DNA of 64,000 nt from a phage. Under the pieces are notes generated by a model. It worked only from the letters and a program-made list of their open reading frames with translations, was not told where the DNA came from and searched no databases. A program made the position numbers and the translations under genes. The DNA lies in assembly GCA_025611195.1 (NCBI GenBank), contig GCA_025611195.1_4718.1. One strand, given 5' to 3'. How positions within the stretch are numbered: position 1 is the stretch's first letter; the number at the start of each line of letters is the position of its first letter. Below, piece by piece: positions 47,219 through 55,295 of the stretch.

Positions 47219-49441
47219 TCAGTTAGTCTGAACCGGCAGCTTGATGTTTTCAGTGTAGACCTTACGCAGGTTCACAACGTTAATCAGACCCAGCAGCGGG
47301 CAGTTGTTAACGAAGCGGCAGCGAGGCTGAACCATGGTTTCTTTAGAAACCTGACCGTTACGGGTAACCTGAGCAACAGATACCAGTTCCGGTACATACA
47401 GGAACATACCGAAGGTCAGCGGATCCGGAGAACCCTGGATACCACGAGACAGGGTCACGAAGATCTTATCACGCAGCAGGACGTTCGGGTTATCTACAAC
47501 CACGAAGTTGAAGCTTACACCAACGGTACGGAAATCACCATCGGTCTGCAGGAACTGCGGGATGTAGTTGTCGGTTGCTACTACGCAACGCGGTTTCTCA
47601 TCAGCGTTGGAAGACAGCAGCTGCAGAGCTGGCTGATAACCAGACTCGGAGTACATGCGATATGCCATCTCACGAATCACGTTCATGATCGCAGCGGACA
47701 CTTCGGCACGACGTTCTGCAGTGGTGGTACCCTGAACAGATTTCGCCAGGTCCAGATTGATTTCTTCGAACCACGGACGGATCAGGTAACGACCGAAACC
47801 TTCGATCTGGATATCACCGAACTGACGGAAGCGAGAGGTCGCAACCGCTTTCAGTGCATCTTTGTAGCTGAACAGTTTCTCAACCATCAGGTTGTCGAAA
47901 CGTGCGTTAGCAGCTTGGATCAGAACGTCCAGGTCAGCAGCGTTTTCTTCCCAATCCAGCGGACGAGGAATAGAGAACGGAGCCAGCAGGCCGATTGCGT
48001 AACGTTCTTGCTTCATGTTGAAGTCAAGGTGTTTACCACGTTCACGACGGTTGCTGTTGTTACGGCGAATACGCAGTTCGTAACCAACCAGTTTGAAGCT
48101 CAGGTCGTCAGCCAGGTCTTTAAATTCTTGGCTCTTACGCGGCTGTTCGATGTTGTCCTGATCAACCAGGCGATACAGTTCAGCGTTAGCACCGTTAACA
48201 CGCAGACCTGCTTTCTCTACGTTGGAAGAACCGTAAACTTCGATAGCCAGCTGAGCAGCAGATTTCGCATCGATGATGTCCTGCAGCGCTTCAGCTTTCG
48301 CGCCTTTAACGTCAACGGTGTTCTCATCAACGAAGATGGAGTGGGTGTCGAACGCCAGGGTCATTTTGCGGAAGTCGCCTTCCAGGGATTTCTGGAAACC
48401 GTTGGTAATCAGACCGGATACGTCGAACGGAACGTAAGAGGTCTTGCTGTGCTTGGCTGATTTGATTTCCACCAGGATTTTGGTCAGCGTGATCTGAGCA
48501 TCCAGCGCGTCGGTGTTGTCGCTGTAACCGTTAGCCAGAATGCTATCGTCTTCAGCGATACCGATCATGTCGATCAGTTTATCAACAGCCAGGTAAGACG
48601 TTTTGTAAGTTACGCCTTTGATCTCGATGTCGCGCGGAGCAACGATAGTTTTGTCAACGAAGTACTGCGCGTTAGCATCGTCAGCACGATAGATCGGATG
48701 CAGATCGGTCACGTCGTTGGACAGAACGTCGTTGTACATGAACGCATCCAGCAGCGGACGACGTACCCAATCAGCCGGAGTACCGTCAGCGTTACGACGC
48801 AGGTGGTTGAACACCAGCGGACGACGGAAAGATACATCATAACCGATCTGGTTCGGAGCCAGAACGATGGTGTTGTACAGTTCGTTACCCATGCGGCTCA
48901 GACGAGAAGCCTTCACGTTGAACACAACGGAGTACGGCATCATGTCACGCAGTTCTTTCTGGTCGTAGGACAGCTGAACCAGTTCTTCAGATTCGCAACC
49001 GCAGGAATCAGCAGCCATCATGACGAAGTTAGAGCTGTCAACTTCACGGCCAGACGGAGTGGTGCTGATGTTCATGGAACGTGCTTGTTTAGCATATTCC
49101 ACCGGGTTGCCATGAGCCAGCATGATCAGTGCTGCTGCACGAGCCTGCTGTGCGTTCATGGTGAACAGCTGTTCTTCAATACGCTGCTTCTCTTCCGGAG
49201 TGGTGGTTTCGAAGCCCAGCATGGACAGAACCGGTTCTTCTGCTTTACGGATGTCGCTGCTGAAGCTCTTAACATCCATATCGTTAACCAGTTTGTCCAT
49301 GGATTTGAAATCAACCTTAGAAGCAGATTCCATAGACAGGAAGGTGTTCTCCAGACCTTTGTCTGCTGGTTTGCTACCATTAGCGGTCAGGAACTGGCGA
49401 GTGGCCGCGACCTGTTGGCTAAGAAGGGTTTTATCATTCAT
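47219..49441 (-). CDS. putative major capsid protein (jumbo-phage type)
   Basis: 740 aa, strongest host-optimal codon bias in the window, AAAGGA SD; size fits phiKZ-like capsid proteins; the assignment is inferred, not motif-proven. Confidence 0.6.
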   Translation of the reverse strand: MNDKTLLSQQVAATRQFLTANGSKPADKGLENTFLSMESASKVDFKSMDKLVNDMDVKSFSSDIRKAEEPVLSMLGFETTTPEEKQRIEEQLFTMNAQQARAAALIMLAHGNPVEYAKQARSMNISTTPSGREVDSSNFVMMAADSCGCESEELVQLSYDQKELRDMMPYSVVFNVKASRLSRMGNELYNTIVLAPNQIGYDVSFRRPLVFNHLRRNADGTPADWVRRPLLDAFMYNDVLSNDVTDLHPIYRADDANAQYFVDKTIVAPRDIEIKGVTYKTSYLAVDKLIDMIGIAEDDSILANGYSDNTDALDAQITLTKILVEIKSAKHSKTSYVPFDVSGLITNGFQKSLEGDFRKMTLAFDTHSIFVDENTVDVKGAKAEALQDIIDAKSAAQLAIEVYGSSNVEKAGLRVNGANAELYRLVDQDNIEQPRKSQEFKDLADDLSFKLVGYELRIRRNNSNRRERGKHLDFNMKQERYAIGLLAPFSIPRPLDWEENAADLDVLIQAANARFDNLMVEKLFSYKDALKAVATSRFRQFGDIQIEGFGRYLIRPWFEEINLDLAKSVQGTTTAERRAEVSAAIMNVIREMAYRMYSESGYQPALQLLSSNADEKPRCVVATDNYIPQFLQTDGDFRTVGVSFNFVVVDNPNVLLRDKIFVTLSRGIQGSPDPLTFGMFLYVPELVSVAQVTRNGQVSKETMVQPRCRFVNNCPLLGLINVVNLRKVYTENIKLPVQTN

Positions 49442-49590
49442 TGAAAGTATCCTTTACAGAATTAACTTATATAAGTCGGTCGATAGACCATAGCGTACAC
49501 GCGTGCATGCGCCACTATAGTATCAGTAAACACTTACCGTTATTGAGGTTGTGATACAACACTAAAAATGCCGCATAACTTTTCCCTACG

Positions 49591-50211
49591 TCACAAACGA
49601 CGCAGGCGATAATGGATGGAACGATTGGTGCAATATGAACGGAACAGCGGCAATTGCGCAACTTCCGCAAGACTCATATTAATTCGCAGATGTTCAATAA
49701 CGGCGCTGTAGTTATCAGCAATACGATCGCTCAATAACTCTTCTGCCAATAAAGGAAGACAATCGACAACAATCGCGATCACATCCTCATTAACATAACG
49801 CACCCGAACACTCAACGGACGTTTGTCTGGGCTGTAAGTTGGATCCGCCAAACGACGTTCAATATCACGCGGATAGCTCGTCAGTAAATGGTAATAACCA
49901 TTGTCATAACGATTGATGTACTCACACAGCACATCAACATTCTTCTCCGACGGCAAACCTGTTTCGTCATAGTGATACGCAAACATACCACCAAGTAGGT
50001 TGTTAAGATGTACCGCAGGGTTCGCTTGTTCGTGTTCTTTCGTGATGAAGAAAGGCACGTTTTGGGCTGCGAAATAAAAACCTACATCATTGGGCGATAG
50101 TATGCCGAAAAGACTTTTAGGATCCAACAGCACCTGTAAGTCATCACGCGCATTTCGAATAATCGCGTGTTCTACCCAATTCGGAACGACGAGATATCGG
50201 AGTTCCTTCAT
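49591..50211 (-). CDS. hypothetical protein
   Basis: 206-aa ORF immediately upstream of the capsid gene promoter region. Confidence 0.5.
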   Translation of the reverse strand: MKELRYLVVPNWVEHAIIRNARDDLQVLLDPKSLFGILSPNDVGFYFAAQNVPFFITKEHEQANPAVHLNNLLGGMFAYHYDETGLPSEKNVDVLCEYINRYDNGYYHLLTSYPRDIERRLADPTYSPDKRPLSVRVRYVNEDVIAIVVDCLPLLAEELLSDRIADNYSAVIEHLRINMSLAEVAQLPLFRSYCTNRSIHYRLRRL

Positions 50212-50250
50212 TATGATTACCTCTTTGCAAGTATCGAAAGGATTGAGTCG

Positions 50251-51861
50251 ATGGACCCAAAACAGATAGCCATTAAGATTATTACGTTACTGTTTCGTAA
50301 CGCACAATTGAACCATCCCGATCCCAGTACGATCGACCATGTTAAATCCGTCTTAGATAAAGTCGAACCCCCGAAAAACCATCTCGCTACGGACATAGAT
50401 AGAGAGGTTTTCAACAACCTGATGAATACCATTCATTGGATGCTGGAACAACCGTTATCGGAACCTTTCGACAAACAACAGTTGTTACAAAGGATACGTT
50501 TAGATTGCCTTGAGCAAAGCAATCTTTACGAGATTCTTGCCGACGGACTGTACGATATCGAAGACGATGCTCATATCAGTAAGGTCTGTTCGCTTTATTA
50601 CAACGAATTGCGTAACCTGGTTACCCGCCGTCGTGTTTTCGAAACCTTTAGAAACACGTACATGGATATCAGTAACGGGCGACTTGGGGATAAAGAATTT
50701 TTCGATGCGATGGCGAATTTGAAATTATCGCTTGATAGTATCGAAATGGATACCGAAAATCCCGAAGAGATGTCGTGTATGGTTGATGGCTTTATTGCCG
50801 ACAGCGAAGACGATATCGAGAAAGTCGAACGCATGTTCGTCAAAGCGATGGAACGTAACAGTCCTGAAGGTGGGTTTGTAACCGGCTGGCAAGGTTTTAA
50901 TAAAATGTTGGGGTCGGTCGGCGTTTTACGTCGCGGTACCTTAGGACTGATTGGTGCAATGCAGCACCGAAATAAATCGGGTGTGTTGTTAAAACTGTTC
51001 ACGCATCTGGCATTGTACAATAAACCTCATTTCTTTTTTCCGGAGCGAGCAAAGAAAGCATTACTGATTCATTTGTCAACAGAAAACGAAGTAGAAGAAA
51101 ACACGCTTCAGATATACAAGAACATGCGAGAACAGGAAACAGGCGAATATGTCGATATTCGTAAGATTGACCCTCGCGAGGCATCACGTTATGTGTTGAA
51201 GGTGTTCAACGATGCGGGTTTCTCTGTTTGTATGCGCCGTGTTGACGGGATGAGTTACAAACAACTCGCTAATCTCATCGACCATTTCGAACGCATGGGT
51301 TATGAGGTCATGGCGTTGTTCATTGACTATCTGAAAATGTTCTCATCGGAAGGGCTGGATAGAAATGGACCGACCGGCGCATGGCTACAAGAACTCTTCA
51401 ACAAAGTCCGTAACCTCTGCAGTGTTAAACGTATTTTAGGTATGACCGTACACCAGCTGTCATCCGACGCGAAGATGCGCGCACGTGATGGTAACGACGA
51501 AGAGTTTGTTGACCAGGTCGCAGGCTTAAGTTACTGGGATGGTTGTAAAGGGATTGACCGTGAGATCGATCTTGAAGTGATTGTTGATATCGTTAAGGAA
51601 CCGGGTAAACGTCAAAGCTGGCAAGTCTTTGCATTAGGGAAGGACCGTCAACCGGATAACGGTTCAACAAAACCTGAGGATAAACATTTCACAATGCCAT
51701 TCCAAACCATCGGGATGCTTCCTGATGATTACGGTAAGAAAGCAGTATACTGCCGTAAGGTTGGTGGACAACCGGTCTCCGAGGGAGGTAAAGGTCCGTG
51801 GAACAAATTCGATGAAAATGCAGCACCGAGTAATGAATTACAATTTGATTTAGAATTTTAA
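50251..51861 (+). CDS. hypothetical protein with degenerate P-loop/RecA-fold-like motifs
   Basis: ORF 50167..51861 trimmed to ATG 50251 (AAAGGA upstream); segments GAMQHRNKSG, ALFIDYLKMF and TVHQLSS weakly resemble DnaB-type helicase motifs. Confidence 0.5.
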   Translation: MDPKQIAIKIITLLFRNAQLNHPDPSTIDHVKSVLDKVEPPKNHLATDIDREVFNNLMNTIHWMLEQPLSEPFDKQQLLQRIRLDCLEQSNLYEILADGLYDIEDDAHISKVCSLYYNELRNLVTRRRVFETFRNTYMDISNGRLGDKEFFDAMANLKLSLDSIEMDTENPEEMSCMVDGFIADSEDDIEKVERMFVKAMERNSPEGGFVTGWQGFNKMLGSVGVLRRGTLGLIGAMQHRNKSGVLLKLFTHLALYNKPHFFFPERAKKALLIHLSTENEVEENTLQIYKNMREQETGEYVDIRKIDPREASRYVLKVFNDAGFSVCMRRVDGMSYKQLANLIDHFERMGYEVMALFIDYLKMFSSEGLDRNGPTGAWLQELFNKVRNLCSVKRILGMTVHQLSSDAKMRARDGNDEEFVDQVAGLSYWDGCKGIDREIDLEVIVDIVKEPGKRQSWQVFALGKDRQPDNGSTKPEDKHFTMPFQTIGMLPDDYGKKAVYCRKVGGQPVSEGGKGPWNKFDENAAPSNELQFDLEF

Positions 51862-51887
51862 ACGCAAAAAAAAAAGATTGTACGGTT

Positions 51888-51919
51888 CCCTCCTCCAACC
51901 CGTAAGGGAAGGAGGAGGG
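51888..51919. terminator. conserved two-tier GC hairpin (family copy)
   Basis: CCCTCCTCC/GGAGGAGGG stem, loop AACCCGTAAGGGAA; A10 run at 51866..51875; between convergent genes. Confidence 0.45.
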
Positions 51920-51934
51920 TTATGACCGCGGTGG

Positions 51935-52261
51935 TTAACTTATCGTCATAAATTCGCTTGGTGAGAATTTCCAACCATTCTCATTGAGAAGTGTGTTGAG
52001 TTTCGCTGCGACGATAAGCCATGCATGCATAGCCGTTATGTCGTATTGGCGATTCACTCGACGTTGGTTTTCGATATTGATTTGCTCCTGTTCAGTGATG
52101 TTTGGATAGAGTGAGATAGCGCTGGGCTTACCCAACGCGCTAGTCATCACCGCAGTACATTCACTGATAATGTTGTTTAAGTGGTAGTTGTATACCGTTC
52201 CACGCATGACGCGATGACGGCATTCGATAATAGCGTCGTAAATGATTTCTCGAGTAATCAT
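51935..52261 (-). CDS. small hypothetical protein
   Basis: 108-aa ORF following a hairpin element. Confidence 0.45.
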   Translation of the reverse strand: MITREIIYDAIIECRHRVMRGTVYNYHLNNIISECTAVMTSALGKPSAISLYPNITEQEQINIENQRRVNRQYDITAMHAWLIVAAKLNTLLNENGWKFSPSEFMTIS

Positions 52262-52267
52262 GATAAC

Positions 52268-52669
52268 TTAAAACATACGTTCGTTTTTAGCACGTGCGGC
52301 CATTACCAGATCGTAGATACCCGCGGTTCGTAAACATTCGTCGTAGTAACGATGTGCGCCTTCCTCAGCCATCCATGATAACCCACGACTATCCGCAACA
52401 ATAACCAATTTGTTATTGTTGAATGCACACACAACACGGTAAGTCGCGTTGTTATTCGGATCGCGAGTGATCAGTTCATAGACACCGTTAACAGGTTTAC
52501 TGAATTCGCCATTTAACGGGACGAGTTCGGTAGTACCTTCAGCAAACGTTACGTTGATCGGAGAAGGATCTTTAGCGATAACAGTATATTCCACATTGTG
52601 TTCTTTACTGGTCATAATGCCGAAGTAAGAACTGATAGGAGAACGCGGTACACTAAGAATATTAAACAT
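52268..52669 (-). CDS. small hypothetical protein
   Basis: ORF 52268..52771 trimmed to ATG 52669 with AAGAGGA upstream. Confidence 0.45.
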   Translation of the reverse strand: MFNILSVPRSPISSYFGIMTSKEHNVEYTVIAKDPSPINVTFAEGTTELVPLNGEFSKPVNGVYELITRDPNNNATYRVVCAFNNNKLVIVADSRGLSWMAEEGAHRYYDECLRTAGIYDLVMAARAKNERMF

Positions 52670-52739
52670 GAAAGTTGTCCTCTTAATTGGATATAAATTG
52701 TTGAGTTTGTGATTGGGAAATGAAAACGTTGTTTCGGTT

Positions 52740-53312
52740 TTAGACGATGAGTGACCAGGTGGTAAGCACACCGCTTGCGAATTCGAGCTTAAGACGTTTA
52801 CCGATAAGTTGTTGTTGAATCATCTTTTCAGTGATACGTCGATCTTGCTGAACCGCTTTATCAAACGCTTCTTTCGCTTCGGCTTGGTAGAAGTTCGTTT
52901 CTTCGTTGTCGTCGATCTCTTCGAGAGCGTCATCGTCGATGTCAGCAAGTTTCACTCGACCGTTTTCATCAGGTTGTTCTGCAGGCTCATTGTCATAAGG
53001 CGTGTCTTTTGTTGGTGCGACACGATGATGCAACTCGACCTGTGTTAACATGATCTCCATCTCACCATCGATAGGGATGATTTCATCGGCGCAGCCGTTT
53101 TCGGTCAGCTCTCGACTTTCCAGTAATGTCGTGGTGACAGAGAACACCTCTTCAACAGGAACCTCATCATCGTCGATAGTGTTAACCGTATTGCTGGTAA
53201 CTTCGGCAACGACCATCAAATCGAATGCGTGAGGATCACCTGGCATTTTGATTCCTGGAAGTTTGTTGAGGTACCAAGGATCGAGAATCATGATTTCTGG
53301 ATTAAACATCAT
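52740..53312 (-). CDS. acidic hypothetical protein
   Basis: 190-aa D/E-rich ORF with GAAAGG upstream of ATG. Confidence 0.45.
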   Translation of the reverse strand: MMFNPEIMILDPWYLNKLPGIKMPGDPHAFDLMVVAEVTSNTVNTIDDDEVPVEEVFSVTTTLLESRELTENGCADEIIPIDGEMEIMLTQVELHHRVAPTKDTPYDNEPAEQPDENGRVKLADIDDDALEEIDDNEETNFYQAEAKEAFDKAVQQDRRITEKMIQQQLIGKRLKLEFASGVLTTWSLIV

Positions 53313-53383
53313 TTTACCTTTCTATGTTAGGTGGATTGCGGATAGAAGAATCAATGCATAAACTAATTTAAGTTTGTTAAGGT

Positions 53384-54286
53384 TTACTTAGCCTTTGAGT
53401 TATGCGGACTAACATGCTGTTGTACTCGTTGGATTGTATCGTAGTACGGGTTAGATTGGTTGAACATGTTGTTGTGTGGGGGATAGCCATATGGCGCATT
53501 TTGCCTTGTTGGTGAGAAACCTTGTTGAGAAGGACGGTTTGAATTAACCGCGAGTACGTAGTAAACCAAATTTTGACGGTCGAATGTTCCTTCGTTTTTG
53601 AAAGTGTCGGCGTAGGCTTTTACCGCTGGAGTGAGCCTATCACCATCGGCTGTAATAATTGTACCGTCTGGGTAAACTTCCCGAACGACGCACCATGTTC
53701 CGATGAGAACATCTTTAGGTGCTGTATTACCATATCCGGTTGTAACGGTAAGGTAAGTATCGAACCCTTCAGAACAACAAGGATGACGATAGATGGGTCC
53801 TGTCATTTCCGTTCTATCGGTATCGCTACATTGTTCTATTGAGAGCGATGATGTGTCGGTTTTGAAATTGTCAAATTCTTTCTTTAAGTCGATTACGGGT
53901 TCTTTCGTATAGTACTTCTTGATTGCTTTGACGTAAAGATCAGGAACGGTTGTCAGCAATCCGTTATACCTGATTCTCAGGTTTTCGAGTAATCCAAAGA
54001 TGCTCGCGCATGCCTGTTCGCGAGGTTTTGTAAGATAAGAGATCCCCTCAGGAACGCTGGGATCTTTGAGAAAGAAGATTGCGTTATTGTCGTTGTGCGA
54101 TGCGTTGAAGAAAACGATTGATTCGATATATACGGAGCATAGGCTGTCATTGGCGTCGTCAGATAACACCCAGATGCACTCATCGGTCGTCTTGTTTAAA
54201 AGTTCTGTTTTGTCGACCAAACGTTGTTTCATTGCGAGGAAATGTGCCTGTTGTTCAGCAGTTAATTCACGATAAATAGTGGTCAT
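53384..54286 (-). CDS. hypothetical protein, paralog of 54372..55145
   Basis: ORF 53384..54364 trimmed to ATG 54286 (AAGGAG upstream); shared segment YRHPCCSEGFDTYLTVTTGYG...WCVVREVYPDGTIIT vs YIHPECHTTYDRYLTITGG...WRMIREIYPDGRIVT. Confidence 0.5.
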   Translation of the reverse strand: MTTIYRELTAEQQAHFLAMKQRLVDKTELLNKTTDECIWVLSDDANDSLCSVYIESIVFFNASHNDNNAIFFLKDPSVPEGISYLTKPREQACASIFGLLENLRIRYNGLLTTVPDLYVKAIKKYYTKEPVIDLKKEFDNFKTDTSSLSIEQCSDTDRTEMTGPIYRHPCCSEGFDTYLTVTTGYGNTAPKDVLIGTWCVVREVYPDGTIITADGDRLTPAVKAYADTFKNEGTFDRQNLVYYVLAVNSNRPSQQGFSPTRQNAPYGYPPHNNMFNQSNPYYDTIQRVQQHVSPHNSKAK

Positions 54287-54371
54287 GTTGGGCTCCTTGA
54301 TTACGATAAGGATGATTGCGGTTTTGTGGGTTTGGTAGGGCCCTAAACAAAGGAACCCTACCAATATTAGG

Positions 54372-55145
54372 TTAATCAGGATCGGCGTAGAAATGGTGAG
54401 GATAGCCGGAGTACGATCCTGCGTTACCGGCTATGGATTCTTTCTGGGAATCGACGACGAGCGCATAGAACTGTCGGGAATTTGTTAGCGTTGAGAAATA
54501 AGCGGAAAGGACTTTTTCATTCAATGCATCACAAGGTAGGCAGGTGCGACCGCAAAACGTCACGATACGGCCGTCAGGATAGATCTCACGAATCATTCTC
54601 CACTCACCGATATCCACTGGTGATGGCGCTGCTACACCACCTGTTATCGTTAAGTAACGATCGTACGTGGTATGGCATTCAGGATGAATATAGATCGGCT
54701 TGTTCGTTTCGACAGGTTCCGAAGTATCTCGACGACTAAGAAGCTCAACGACTTCAAGATAAATCGTTGGTAGATCGCGGAGAATACCGGTGCTACGACG
54801 TTTCTTTGTGATTCGCGGACGAATCTCGTTGAGAGCGTATTCGAGCTTACGTTCAGCTTCGTACGCATCGAGTTTTATCAAGCGACCCGGTTCATCGGAA
54901 TGATCCTGAGTTACGTAAACGAAATACGTGTCGCCTTTTGCAGCGTGAAAGATTCGAGCGACCTTAAATGTTTCTACGGTACGATAACCAAGGCGCGATT
55001 GATTTTCCACAGGAGAAAATATCCAATGCCGTCCTTCGTCAGCCTCAACAATTTCGTTGAAACTATCTGTCTGTTCTGGGACCTGGTAGTCAGCCAGTAA
55101 TGTGTCGAGAGCATCATCAGCCAGTTTGATGTAAATATCTGTCAT
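54372..55145 (-). CDS. hypothetical protein, paralog of 53384..54286
   Basis: ATG 55145 with GAGGA upstream; preceded by the TATATTAC-type motif and a palindrome. Confidence 0.5.
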   Translation of the reverse strand: MTDIYIKLADDALDTLLADYQVPEQTDSFNEIVEADEGRHWIFSPVENQSRLGYRTVETFKVARIFHAAKGDTYFVYVTQDHSDEPGRLIKLDAYEAERKLEYALNEIRPRITKKRRSTGILRDLPTIYLEVVELLSRRDTSEPVETNKPIYIHPECHTTYDRYLTITGGVAAPSPVDIGEWRMIREIYPDGRIVTFCGRTCLPCDALNEKVLSAYFSTLTNSRQFYALVVDSQKESIAGNAGSYSGYPHHFYADPD

Positions 55146-55201
55146 GTTTGTATCCTCGGTTATTAAGAGAAATTTACAGTGATAACAGTAAGCGTTGTTA
55201 T

Positions 55202-55225
55202 CACCTAGGTAATATAGTCGCGAAA
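55202..55225 (-). promoter_or_regulatory. conserved TATATTAC-containing motif (candidate promoter) overlapped by a palindrome
   Basis: Plus-strand CACCTAGGTAATATAGTCGCGAAA; about 57 nt upstream of ATG 55145; inverted repeat GTGATAACA-N8-TGTTATCAC at 55179..55204. Confidence 0.45.
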
Positions 55226-55259
55226 TAAACTGGAGTAATGCGCTTAAGACAGCATAAAC

Positions 55260-55291
55260 CCCTCTCCCAACCCGTCAGGGAAGGGAGAGGG
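55260..55291 (-). terminator. conserved two-tier GC hairpin (family copy)
   Basis: CCCTCTCCC/GGGAGAGGG stem, loop AACCCGTCAGGGAA; immediately after stop of 55296..56663. Confidence 0.45.
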
Positions 55292-55295
55292 AATA

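Noticed and set aside
47144-48460. 438-aa plus-strand ORF (and 248-aa ORF at 48698-49444) inside the capsid gene region
   Set aside because: Antisense to a long, strongly codon-biased gene; the biased composition suppresses stop codons on the opposite strand, and the translations are low-complexity (V/Q/R/T-rich) with no ribosome-binding site.
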